Assembly: GCA_965198175.1 (NCBI GenBank)
Contig: OZ240245.1
Location: forward strand, 1,824,001-1,888,000
From: Candidatus Poribacteria bacterium
Lineage (GTDB): Bacteria; Poribacteria; WGA-4E; PCPOR2b
Direction of reading: 5' to 3'
Length of the DNA: 64,000 bases
Below are positions 49,966 through 59,670 of this stretch, in pieces. The position numbers and the translations under genes are program-made. Numbering within the stretch: position 1 is the first letter of the stretch; every line of letters begins with the position of its first letter. Below the pieces are notes generated by a model. The model saw only the letters and a list, made by a program, of their open reading frames with translations. It was not told the DNA's origin and did not search any database.

Positions 49966-51969
49966 TCATCGCCCTCGTCCTCTTCCGCCACCCATTCGGC
50001 GCATAGTGGAAGCGGGATTCTGCATCATCCTTCGAAATCGCTCCATATCCGCGTCATTACCGGTAGGACGTCCGCCTCCAATGGCAACTCGCTGCCCCTC
50101 TTCAGCACCAGAGAGGATTTCAGTTGTGTCAAAGCTGGCGACACCGGTGACGATGGGTTGCGGGCGTCCCGGTTGCCCATCTTCGTTGATGGGACGAATC
50201 ATCATTCGGTCGCCGAATGAGAGAATAGCCTCATTGGGCAAAAGCAACACCGCTCGTCTGCTTGCGGCAGAAATCTGAACGGTCGCGTTCATGCCGGGCT
50301 TCAGGAACGGCGCCTCGACCTGTTCATCGGTGCGGCTCGGGGACGCCTCTTCCGAGCTACCGCCGGCCATAAAGCTGTCCATCATCGACATCCACGGATC
50401 GGATTCATCGGGACGTTCCGTGCTCTTGTTTTCCGGTGGGGAACGCTCGGCGGTTACAGTTTCAGGCTGCTGACCGCGCATCTGTCGAAATTGTTCGCGC
50501 TGCTCTGGTGTGAACCGATCCGGATTAAAGCTGCCTGCACCACGTCGGAAACCACTCCGGCGCTGAGTCCTGGTGTTTTTTATTTCGGTAATGACGTTAA
50601 AGGTTGTCACATTTTGTACCACCTGACCTTGCGGCGCAATCCGAAGTATTTCTCCTTCAAACGGTTGATCGGGATAGGCTTCCACAGTAATGGTCACGGG
50701 CTGTCCAACCTTAACCTTTCCGATGTCAGTCTCATCCACTTCGGTCACCACGTAAACCTTTGATAGGTCTGCCATAGTTACAATTACCTGACCTTCGGAT
50801 GTGCCGAGTGACGATCGGCTGCCGCCTGCGAAGCTAGAGAATATGATCTGACCCTCCTCAACCTTCTTTTCGAGGATGGTTCCGGAAATTGGAGCTCTAA
50901 TTTCCGTATCTCGCATCTGTTCCCGAGCTAGTTGTAACTGCCCTTCGCTACGCTTTACCTGCGCTTGGGCGTTCTCAAGCTCTTTCTCCTTAACGTTAAT
51001 CTGAGCCTTGTTTGCAAGTGCAAGCTTCAAGGAATCCTTCGCCTGTTCGACGCGATTGATTTGGATTTCGATGTCCATGTCGCGATATGTCTGTTTTTCA
51101 ATCTGTTCCAGTGCTGCATCTAGGAAAAATTTCGATTTGTCAATTTCTGCCTGAGCTAACTGTAGCTCCGCTTCGCTAGCCGGTTGTTTGACCATCTTCG
51201 CTTGCTCAACAGAGGACTGATGTTGCGCCTCTGCGGATTGCCATTGCGTTTCAGCAGCATCGAGTTCCGATTGCGAGATAAGTTTTTTTTCAAAGAGCCC
51301 CTTTTTCCTTTCATACTCTTTCTTTGCAAGATCTCGACTCGCCTGTGCCTGGTTGACAGCCGCGTTTGCACGGTTTATCTCTTCAGCGCGAACAGTCTCC
51401 GAGGTCAGTAGTTTGAACCGCAGAGACGCTATTTTGAGATTGTTTTCAGCATCAGCGACCTGCCGTTTATTGGTCCTCTCTTTTTCGATGCGAATCTGCT
51501 CGCTGAGTTGCTCAAGCTGTTTTTTGGTTTCAGCGAGTTTTTCTTGGGCTTGTTTAATCTGAATTTTCGACTGATCCTTTTGCAATTGAATATTGATTTC
51601 GGCTTGCTTGAGTCTTGCCTGTGAGGCGCGAAGGTCGGCTTCTGCTTGTTCAAGGTCAACAGCCACATAGGTGGTTTCAATACGTGCAATCACGTCGTCT
51701 TTTTCGACGGAGTCTCCTTCCTCTACGGTCAGAGAGAGGATTCTGCCACTTGCTTTGGAACTAACCTCGACAATATTTAGTGGTTCGATCGTACCCGTTG
51801 CATCAATCACGACGTCAATATCACCGCGTTCGACAGTGGCAACTCTTAAGTTCGCCGGACTGGTCGACTCATCTCTGGTTGACGATAACAGCCTGTCATA
51901 CAGCAAGAAACCGCCAACTCCGATAACGCTGACCGCAATGATGCAAATGATAATCCATTTTTTTCCCAT
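49966..51969 (-). CDS. MacA/HlyD-family periplasmic adaptor with long coiled coil and disordered insert
   Basis: VEVSSKASG, IRAPISG, VDETDIGKVKVGQ and LKPGMNA motifs. Confidence 0.9.
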   Translation of the reverse strand: MGKKWIIICIIAVSVIGVGGFLLYDRLLSSTRDESTSPANLRVATVERGDIDVVIDATGTIEPLNIVEVSSKASGRILSLTVEEGDSVEKDDVIARIETTYVAVDLEQAEADLRASQARLKQAEINIQLQKDQSKIQIKQAQEKLAETKKQLEQLSEQIRIEKERTNKRQVADAENNLKIASLRFKLLTSETVRAEEINRANAAVNQAQASRDLAKKEYERKKGLFEKKLISQSELDAAETQWQSAEAQHQSSVEQAKMVKQPASEAELQLAQAEIDKSKFFLDAALEQIEKQTYRDMDIEIQINRVEQAKDSLKLALANKAQINVKEKELENAQAQVKRSEGQLQLAREQMRDTEIRAPISGTILEKKVEEGQIIFSSFAGGSRSSLGTSEGQVIVTMADLSKVYVVTEVDETDIGKVKVGQPVTITVEAYPDQPFEGEILRIAPQGQVVQNVTTFNVITEIKNTRTQRRSGFRRGAGSFNPDRFTPEQREQFRQMRGQQPETVTAERSPPENKSTERPDESDPWMSMMDSFMAGGSSEEASPSRTDEQVEAPFLKPGMNATVQISAASRRAVLLLPNEAILSFGDRMMIRPINEDGQPGRPQPIVTGVASFDTTEILSGAEEGQRVAIGGGRPTGNDADMERFRRMMQNPASTMRRMGGGRGRGR

Positions 51970-52255
51970 CGGTTCGTCTCCTTACAGGACAAGGTGGCTG
52001 AAGCGTGGCTAGAACTGGAATGTTTCTAGTGCAATAAGATGTGACTTTGGGAACGAGGTTTATGAAAGCGAGACACGTGCAGAAGATCGGTAAGAGACAT
52101 TGTCACAGGTAACCCCCATTTCTTTTGTAGTGTGGTGCCAGTATATTACGGTTTTATAGCCTAGTCCAACGGGTCGGCATAACCCTTCGGGACTAGCTGA
52201 GTATTCACCTGGATGCGTCTTGAAGCCTTGAGGGAGCAATGGCCTGTTTTATAAC

Positions 52256-52756
52256 TTAGCGAGCACGCCCGCCGCCTCGCCGATTCTGCATCCGCTGCAT
52301 TCGTTGTTGCTCCAACTCATTGAGCTTTGCCAATTGTTCTTCAGTCAGAACCTTCTCCAGCTTCGACTTAAACGACTCGCGGACTTCCATCATCGCTTCT
52401 CGCATTGAGCTATAGTCTCCGCTGTCACGCGCCTCTTTCATCGCTTTTTCTAGGGCGTCGCGAGATTTCTGATACACTGGTCGGGCTTTGATGAGCGTTT
52501 CATTATCGACTTTGATGACGAACGTCAAGTCAACCCACGAACTATCAATCAGAGAACTTGGGGAAAACCCGCGCCCACCACCTCCAGGACCGCGCATTCC
52601 GCCGCCCGGTCTGTCTCGCATTTCGCTCCGGTCGGGCCGTTGGGCTTGGGTAATTTGATTTGTCATGAAAACGATAACTGCTGTGACTGCAAGTGCGGTG
52701 GGAAGTAAAAACCACTCAGAATATCGGGATTTTGCAGTGCTCAATCTGTTTATCAT
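52256..52756 (-). CDS. Exported helical protein, Spy/CpxP-like (LTEEQ motif)
   Basis: Signal peptide, Gly/Arg/Met-rich ends, VLTEEQLAKL; AAGGAG RBS. Confidence 0.65.
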   Translation of the reverse strand: MINRLSTAKSRYSEWFLLPTALAVTAVIVFMTNQITQAQRPDRSEMRDRPGGGMRGPGGGGRGFSPSSLIDSSWVDLTFVIKVDNETLIKARPVYQKSRDALEKAMKEARDSGDYSSMREAMMEVRESFKSKLEKVLTEEQLAKLNELEQQRMQRMQNRRGGGRAR

Positions 52757-52819
52757 GGTAAATTCTCCTTTTATGTTCAGGTTATAGGAATTCTTCTAAT
52801 GTGAATCCACGTCCATCCT

Positions 52820-52846
52820 TTAGACAAACAAGTTTGGATAAAGTTC
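52820..52846 (-). promoter_or_regulatory. ECF (sigmaE-like) promoter
   Basis: GAACTT-15 nt-GTCTAA upstream of the Spy-like gene. Confidence 0.6.
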
Positions 52847-52955
52847 GTCTTTATTGCGATCTGCCAACCTTGGAAGAACTAAATCCGCGATTGGAATGCC
52901 TCGCGCGCTAATGCTCCAATCCGCTGACGATCAGTCGAATTGACAATGTGTGGAA

Positions 52956-55900
52956 CTACCGCATCGACATCTCTGGACTCTTAATCTCCCGCCGCAGCAC
53001 CACGCCCCACTGTCCAACAGCCCAGAGTGTATTGCCTGACTCAGCTATAGCGATTCGGTATAGGTCGTTGCTGATATCGGTGTGCTCTCGCTCCCATGTG
53101 TCGCCGCCATCGGTCGAATGTAGAATTGTGCCTTTGGCTCCGACAGCATAGACCCGCTGATCGGTCAGTGCAATTACGCTGTAGAGATCCGTAGTGACAC
53201 CACTCGACAAGGGTTCCCAACTAAATCCACCTCCAGTGGTCCGGAGAATGATGCCGTAGCGTCCGACCGCCCATCCTCTGCGTTTGGTGATGAAGAACAC
53301 ACCATTCAAGTCGTAACCGGTATGCGTTTCATGATATTTCCAGTAGCCACCGCCGTTGATGGTTCTTTGTACTATGCCGTCGCGCCCGACCGCCCATCCG
53401 AGCGGCGCATAATTCATATTGATACCTAGCAGGTCGTTTGCAGTTGATGTTCGCTGTGGCGTCCAGACAGGACCGCCATCTTGGTTGTGGATTATCTGTC
53501 CCTCGTCGCCAGCCGCCCAACCTTGGGAAAACTCGCCAAACGCAACGTCGTTGATTGAGAATCTCCTCGGCGGATCTTCTTCGAATAAGCCGGGACGCAT
53601 CGGCGTTGGTCCGGAAGACCATTTTGAGCCGTCAGTTGTGTAGAACACTGTACCATCACGTTGCATCACCCAACCCCATTTTGGGGCGAGGCTGGGAAAA
53701 TGTACGCCGACAAGCGATTGCCGTGTGACAACGTTCAAGGTTTTCCAAGTGACTCCGCCATCATGTGTTTCCAGGAGCAGACCGTTATCGCCGGTCATCC
53801 AGCCCTGTTGGTCGCTGAGAAAGAGGACATCTATGGCGTCATCAAGTTTTTCACCGAGTTGCCGTTCCCAGGTTTCTCCACCATCCGCGGTGTGAAAGAT
53901 ATGTCCGGCATCGCCAACTGCCCAGGCAATTTTGTCATTGACGTAATATACCCTATTAAGTAAGCGGTTGCCACGTCTTCTATCGGGTGGACTCGGGCGA
54001 TCTTGTTGCGCATTCCTCTGCTGTCTCTGTGCTTCGTTGGAAGATGGTACGTTCTGTCCACCCAGGTCACCTTCTGGCGTGAAGCGTTCGGTGCGTTGAC
54101 GCCTATCGGTCATCTGCGATTGAATCTGTTCTGCGAAATCCACATCCAATCTGGAATTGTCGGTGTTACTCGGTTGGTCATTGCCTTCGCCGCTTACTTC
54201 TTCTCCTTCGCCAGCCCAAAGCGCAAACCAATCAATATCCGCTCCGCCAGCTATCCGAGGTGTGGTTGAGCCTTCGTGCTGTGGTACATTCGCCGCTTCC
54301 CACGTTTGACCGCCGCTACGCGTGATGAAAAGTGAACCATCTCTACTGAGAGCCCACGCCTCTTTATGGTTTCGGAAGGTTACCCGCCGAAGCCGGCCCG
54401 GTGACCGTCCGGGCTCTGAATTGACCCTTTTCCACGTTGCTCCTCCGTCATGAGTAGCAATTGATGAGCCGTTAGCCATGACGACCCAACCCGAAGTTGA
54501 ATCGGCAAAATAGACGCCAATTCCCGCTTGATTGGTCTTATCGAGTATTTTCCAGTAATCGCCTCCGTCGATGGTATGAAGAACTAGTCCACCCTCACGG
54601 CGATCGCTTAGTACCGCCCACCCTTCATTCAGATTGATGAAGTGAATGTCTGCAATGGGTTGGTCGGAGATGCCAGTCTGCTGACGCTGCCACGTCAACC
54701 CTCCATCGGTTGTACGGAGTATCCGCGCGGTATCAACCCCAAGCCACCCATCTTTTGAGTTCAAAAACTGCATTGCACTGATGCGTTGAAGGTTTTGCAG
54801 AACGCCTCTGACCACCTGCCATGTAGTTCCGCCATCCTCGGTCCGCAACAACATGCGACGCCCCGTAATCCATCCGTGCGATGAGTCAACAAAGGTTACT
54901 TGAGAGAGGTCTGTCTCAACACCGCTATGCTGCGGAAGCCACGTTTTTCCGCTATCCGTTGTGTGTGCAATAACGCCACCTTTCCCAACCGCCCAGCCGG
55001 TATGCTCATCAAAGAAGTATGTATCTGAAAAGTCGGTTTGCCATGCGGCACGACGGACGATGTCCCAATGATAGGTCACTTCCTCGACTGTTACATCGTC
55101 TTCAGGGGATTCGGGTTCTTCAACTACTGCCACGGGGGGCAGAGTCACGGGGAGTTCTGCTGAATCAACGGAATACCGCATGGCGATACCACCGCGACCG
55201 ACCATCACCACTCCTTCCGGTGAGAGCGAAAAGCCCATGAGGTCATTCTCCGTGCCACTCACCTGTTTTTCCCAGCTTGCGCCGCCATCAGTTGTCGTTA
55301 GAATTGTCCCTTTGTCGCCGACGATGATGCCGTGCAAAGTATCAGCGAGGTAGATTTTATTGAGATTCTCCTTTATACCGCTCGGCTGGAATTTCCATGT
55401 TTGGCCGCCGTCCTTCGTGCGCAGAATCTCTCCGAACTGTCCAACGATCCAACCGTTATTGCTGTCCGTAAAGTGGACCGCGTAAAGTTCGTTGAAGGTT
55501 CCGGACGTCTGTGGTGTCCATGACATCCCGCCGTTCGTCGTGTGATTGACGATCCCCGGCCAGCCGACGGCCCAGCCCTCTTTCCCATTCAGAAAGAAGA
55601 CCCCTTTGAGCGATAGAAATTCCGTCGCTGTTTGGGAAACCCAGGATTCGCCGCCGTCAGCAGTGTAAAGCACTGTGCCGAGTTCACCGACTACCCACCC
55701 CTTCTGCGGCGTCACAAAGTAGACACCGTTAAGCATGTGCCCCTGGCCGGCGTATTGCCGCTCCCACGTCCGTCCTCCATCGGTCGTGTGGGCGATCATG
55801 TTCCGTTCGCCAATCAGCCAACCTTGTTTATCGGATATGAAAAAGACGTTTCGAATATTGTCCCAGATGTCAGTATCAATCTCCTCCCACGTTTGCCCGC

Positions 55901-56996
55901 CATCTTCCGTGATTGCAATCGTCCCTCGCTTCCCGACAGCAACCGCGCGGTTCTCCGAAGCGAATTGAATGTTTTCGAGGTCGTTTGACGTGGTTCCGCT
56001 TTTCATCGTCCACGTACTTCCACCGTCCTTCGAGAGCATAATCGTGCCGTGCCATCCGACCGCCCACGCTTCACTCTGGCTTGTGAACTGAACCGCCATC
56101 AGGTTGTTTTCTGTGCCACTCTCTAATAATTGCCAGTTGTTGCCCCCATCTTCGGTGAACGTGATAAAGCCGATATCGGCAACCGCCAAACCACGGTGTT
56201 TGTCCACAAAGTGAAGTCCGTTGACGGTCTCCCTAACATGACCATTGATGCTCGGAATTCGGCTGTCCTGACCCTTCCATCTTGCGCCGCCGTTCTGCGT
56301 GTGGTAAACTGAACCATCGCTGCCAGCCATCCAGCCTTCGTTATCGTTGATGAAGAAGACACGTCGGTTGTCATTCACCAATCGATTTCGCACGATACCT
56401 TCGCGAGTAGTCTGTTCTCGCCAGGTGTCACCGCCATCGTCTGTGCGACGCACGCTCTCATATTCACCGACAGCCCAGCCCCGACGATTGTCGACAAACC
56501 AGACGCCGTTTAGGGTAAAGTCGCTCACATATTGCTGACGCTCCCACGTTTTTCCGCCGTTCTTTGTAGCAATCACGTAGTTATCTTCTCCCACTACCCA
56601 GCCTTCGCCAGAATTGGCAAAGACAACGTCTCTGAGCATGGCTGAAGTGTTGCTTTTCTGTAGATGCCAGTGTCTGCCACCATCATCGGTTGCGACGATT
56701 ACGCCATTGTCTCCTACTACCCAGCCGTATTTTCGGTTCGTAAAGTAAACGGCTTTAAAATCTTCCTCGATCCCAACTTCTTCACGGGTCCATGTCTTGC
56801 CACCATCAATTGTGTGAATGATAAACCCCTTTTCTCCGACGATCCAGCCGTGTTTGGGGCTGGTGAAGTGGAGATCTGTGAAATGAGTTTCCCAATCAGC
56901 CTTGCGGGTGACCTCCTCCTTACATCCGATCAGTAGCACCGCGAACGAGAAAGAGACTGTCAAGACTTGACAGATGCGTTGAAATGTCAGTTTCAT
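52956..56996 (-). CDS. YCF48/BNR-repeat multi-beta-propeller lipoprotein (1346 aa)
   Basis: Lipobox LIGC; more than 20 GWxVGxxGxIxxTxDGGxTW repeats. Confidence 0.9.
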   Translation of the reverse strand: MKLTFQRICQVLTVSFSFAVLLIGCKEEVTRKADWETHFTDLHFTSPKHGWIVGEKGFIIHTIDGGKTWTREEVGIEEDFKAVYFTNRKYGWVVGDNGVIVATDDGGRHWHLQKSNTSAMLRDVVFANSGEGWVVGEDNYVIATKNGGKTWERQQYVSDFTLNGVWFVDNRRGWAVGEYESVRRTDDGGDTWREQTTREGIVRNRLVNDNRRVFFINDNEGWMAGSDGSVYHTQNGGARWKGQDSRIPSINGHVRETVNGLHFVDKHRGLAVADIGFITFTEDGGNNWQLLESGTENNLMAVQFTSQSEAWAVGWHGTIMLSKDGGSTWTMKSGTTSNDLENIQFASENRAVAVGKRGTIAITEDGGQTWEEIDTDIWDNIRNVFFISDKQGWLIGERNMIAHTTDGGRTWERQYAGQGHMLNGVYFVTPQKGWVVGELGTVLYTADGGESWVSQTATEFLSLKGVFFLNGKEGWAVGWPGIVNHTTNGGMSWTPQTSGTFNELYAVHFTDSNNGWIVGQFGEILRTKDGGQTWKFQPSGIKENLNKIYLADTLHGIIVGDKGTILTTTDGGASWEKQVSGTENDLMGFSLSPEGVVMVGRGGIAMRYSVDSAELPVTLPPVAVVEEPESPEDDVTVEEVTYHWDIVRRAAWQTDFSDTYFFDEHTGWAVGKGGVIAHTTDSGKTWLPQHSGVETDLSQVTFVDSSHGWITGRRMLLRTEDGGTTWQVVRGVLQNLQRISAMQFLNSKDGWLGVDTARILRTTDGGLTWQRQQTGISDQPIADIHFINLNEGWAVLSDRREGGLVLHTIDGGDYWKILDKTNQAGIGVYFADSTSGWVVMANGSSIATHDGGATWKRVNSEPGRSPGRLRRVTFRNHKEAWALSRDGSLFITRSGGQTWEAANVPQHEGSTTPRIAGGADIDWFALWAGEGEEVSGEGNDQPSNTDNSRLDVDFAEQIQSQMTDRRQRTERFTPEGDLGGQNVPSSNEAQRQQRNAQQDRPSPPDRRRGNRLLNRVYYVNDKIAWAVGDAGHIFHTADGGETWERQLGEKLDDAIDVLFLSDQQGWMTGDNGLLLETHDGGVTWKTLNVVTRQSLVGVHFPSLAPKWGWVMQRDGTVFYTTDGSKWSSGPTPMRPGLFEEDPPRRFSINDVAFGEFSQGWAAGDEGQIIHNQDGGPVWTPQRTSTANDLLGINMNYAPLGWAVGRDGIVQRTINGGGYWKYHETHTGYDLNGVFFITKRRGWAVGRYGIILRTTGGGFSWEPLSSGVTTDLYSVIALTDQRVYAVGAKGTILHSTDGGDTWEREHTDISNDLYRIAIAESGNTLWAVGQWGVVLRREIKSPEMSMR

Positions 56997-57027
56997 CTAT
57001 GTCCTCCTGACGCATGTTTTGAGCGCT

Positions 57028-57678
57028 TCAAACCTGTTTGGAGTCGCTGGACTTAGTGGGTGTAGACTCACTGAGCGGAAATCGCTCGTTTATTAACATT
57101 ATCGGTTGTCCATCGGCGACGATGCGATAGGCGCGAGTAAGGAACGGTTTCTCCCGCAAATGAGCAAGATGTTCCGGCAAATCTTTCGGGCGTTCAAAAC
57201 CGCACCACAGTAGGTCACGACGAGTTTCCAAGCCACTACGCTTCAACAGTTCCCCTAAACCATCACTCTTGAGTTTTAAGCCTTGCTCAATGATTGTTGG
57301 GGTTCGGTTCAGCACAATGAGGGAAGTCGCATAGGTATGGATTGTCGGGGGTTGACCAACATTCTGCTCCGTTTGCAATGACACCTGACGTCGAATTACA
57401 GCCGTGCCTTTTTCGGTTTCGAGCCAAACGTGATCTGTAGAGAGGGTTTGCGTTTCCTGCGTGAGCAACACAACATTGACGGGCGAAAGTGTATAGGCTT
57501 CGAGGAACCGCGTAACTGTCCCATCGGTGACCAAGAGCGCACGATGTAACGGTGTTAATCGACTCAGGTCGATTTCCTCTAGGTCCGCGGGTTTTTCATA
57601 TTGGGCGATAAAAAGATTTGTTATTTGCTTTTCGGTATCATGAGTTACTTCGCCAATCTCATTCTCATTTGATATCAC
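57028..57678 (-). CDS. Chorismate pyruvate-lyase-like (DUF98/UbiC fold) protein
   Basis: LLVTDGTVTRFLEAY, LGELL and RAYRI...PIMLINERFP motifs. Confidence 0.8.
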   Translation of the reverse strand: MISNENEIGEVTHDTEKQITNLFIAQYEKPADLEEIDLSRLTPLHRALLVTDGTVTRFLEAYTLSPVNVVLLTQETQTLSTDHVWLETEKGTAVIRRQVSLQTEQNVGQPPTIHTYATSLIVLNRTPTIIEQGLKLKSDGLGELLKRSGLETRRDLLWCGFERPKDLPEHLAHLREKPFLTRAYRIVADGQPIMLINERFPLSESTPTKSSDSKQV

Positions 57679-57684
57679 AATCTT

Positions 57685-58140
57685 TTACTCTACTCCGTCC
57701 GTTGACGCTTCCAATATTTGATACAGTTCAAATTCAGGGGCACCGGCTTGTACCTTCATCTGTTCGCCATATTCTCTCAAGTCTGCTGGCGTTGCGGCCA
57801 ACAGCTTAAGAAAATCGCTGGCATGCGCTAGCTCCGCCATCATTACGAAATCGGGCTGATTGGTTTGGAACTGTTCCGATCGTCCGGGCATCTGCATCCG
57901 CTTCAGTGCCGTAATTTTTAAGCCTTCTATCCCTTTTGCCGCAGGCAACAGTTTCTGTACCATCAGTTTTTCGGCAATATCTGCGTCTCCTGTCGGGGTT
58001 AGGCGCAACTTGCCAAACACAAGGATGGAGTACTTGGGCGAAGCCTTTTGTTGGGCTTTAGCCATGAGGGAGACGCCTATTCCCGAGATACATACAAGAA
58101 CAAGCCCAATACTTATAGTTTTGAAAAGCGATCGCGTCAT
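57685..58140 (-). CDS. Exported hypothetical protein
   Basis: GAGG RBS and signal peptide; 6 nt from the next gene. Confidence 0.7.
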   Translation of the reverse strand: MTRSLFKTISIGLVLVCISGIGVSLMAKAQQKASPKYSILVFGKLRLTPTGDADIAEKLMVQKLLPAAKGIEGLKITALKRMQMPGRSEQFQTNQPDFVMMAELAHASDFLKLLAATPADLREYGEQMKVQAGAPEFELYQILEASTDGVE

Positions 58141-58305
58141 TGTTGTTCACCTCGTTCAGAAATTGAGTATTTGAATCGCGTATATATTCAACGCGCCGAA
58201 TGCACCTTTAGTTCAGGCATTCTCCGTCGTTTACCGTATACTTAAGGACGGATTAAGTTCAAAAAGCGTTTACCTCGCCTGGATTGCAGAAGACGGATGA
58301 GCCCT

Positions 58306-58331
58306 TTACGGTGGAATAATACAACGGTTTC
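58306..58331 (-). promoter_or_regulatory. ECF (sigmaW-like) promoter
   Basis: GAAAC-16 nt-CGTAA upstream of ORF 58140. Confidence 0.5.
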
Positions 58332-58351
58332 TAAACTTATCTTACGGTGCA

Positions 58352-59506
58352 CTACGTCCCGTTGAGGACATCTGCGACCTTCACCCAGCGTTCTTCTTCA
58401 ATCGACTGACCGACCGCCTCAAGGACAGCCTGCACTCCTACCGCTTCACGGAAATCAGGCGACGGAGATTTGCGCTCGGCGACACCGTTGAGAAAATCGT
58501 AGACAGTATGTACAAATGCCGCGTCGTACCCAATCCCCAGTCCGGGTGGCCACCAATGGCTCCCATAAGGGTGATTGTCCTGACCGATGAAAATGGTGCG
58601 ATAGCCTTGGGTTTGAACGGGTTCACGCCAAGAAAAGAAGCGCAATTCATTCATCCGTTCGAAGTCAAAATACAGGCTGCCTAGGCTGCCGTTAATCTCG
58701 AATATGAAACGATCACGGCTGCCACCTGCGAATCGGGTCGCCTCAAAGCTACCGATTGCACCGTTCTCGAAACGCGCCAGGAATAGCGCGCCATCGTCCA
58801 CGTTCACCGCTCCCGTTGTGTATCCGGATTTTTGCTCAGAAGGAAGCAGAGGGCGTTCCTTGACGAAAGTTTCAGTTAATCCAATTGATTTCTCAATAGG
58901 ACCAATAAGGTAATGCGCCAAATCTATCAGGTGAGATCCCAGATCGCCGAGCGAACCGCTGCCGGCTCGCTCGCGTTGAAATCGCCAGGTGATAGGGATT
59001 TCAGGGCTAGTAGCCCAATCTGACAACCAGCACCCACGCCAGTGATAGACTTCGCCAACTTCGCCCGCTTCTATCAACTCACGAGCCATCACAACCGCGG
59101 GGACTCGACGGTAGTTAAAATTGACCATGTTAACCACGCCCGCCGCCTCAACCGCTTGAGCCATTTCTAGCGCATCTGGCAGAGAGTTAGCCAACGGCTT
59201 TTCACACAAGATGTGCTTGCCCTGTCGCGCTGCCGCTAGCGCGATGGGGCGATGCATATCTCCCGGCACCGAGATGTCGATGATTTGAATGTCATCACGC
59301 TCCACAACCTCCTCCCAGCAAGTGCTGTACTCCTGCCAGCCGTAGCGGGCAGCTGCATTGCGGACTCCCGTTTCGTCACGACCGCAGATTACCCGCGGTT
59401 CAGGTCTTACTTTCGGATCAAAGAGCCCGATGGCATCACGGTACGCCCGCGAGTGGACCTTTCCCATAAACTTGTAACCTATCATTGCTACGCCTAGAGT
59501 CTCCAT
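58352..59506 (-). CDS. Gfo/Idh/MocA oxidoreductase
   Basis: IGYKFMG, HILCEKP and GSGSLGDLGSH motifs. Confidence 0.92.
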   Translation of the reverse strand: METLGVAMIGYKFMGKVHSRAYRDAIGLFDPKVRPEPRVICGRDETGVRNAAARYGWQEYSTCWEEVVERDDIQIIDISVPGDMHRPIALAAARQGKHILCEKPLANSLPDALEMAQAVEAAGVVNMVNFNYRRVPAVVMARELIEAGEVGEVYHWRGCWLSDWATSPEIPITWRFQRERAGSGSLGDLGSHLIDLAHYLIGPIEKSIGLTETFVKERPLLPSEQKSGYTTGAVNVDDGALFLARFENGAIGSFEATRFAGGSRDRFIFEINGSLGSLYFDFERMNELRFFSWREPVQTQGYRTIFIGQDNHPYGSHWWPPGLGIGYDAAFVHTVYDFLNGVAERKSPSPDFREAVGVQAVLEAVGQSIEEERWVKVADVLNGT

Positions 59507-59670
59507 ATATAACTAATCCTCCTTTTAGTCAAGCGATGTATCCACCCGTGTGCCACACTAGGACGTTGAAATGAATCGATTCGATCTTCGCCTTGTTTCG
59601 CGGACCCAACCAGGAAGTTTTTTTCTGACCGACTGCATTTACTACATTTTTCGGCTCTGTACGAGCGGAT

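Noticed and set aside
52956..56996. Photosynthesis role implied by the YCF48 name
   Set aside because: The repeat is a generic BNR-type propeller and no photosystem genes are present.
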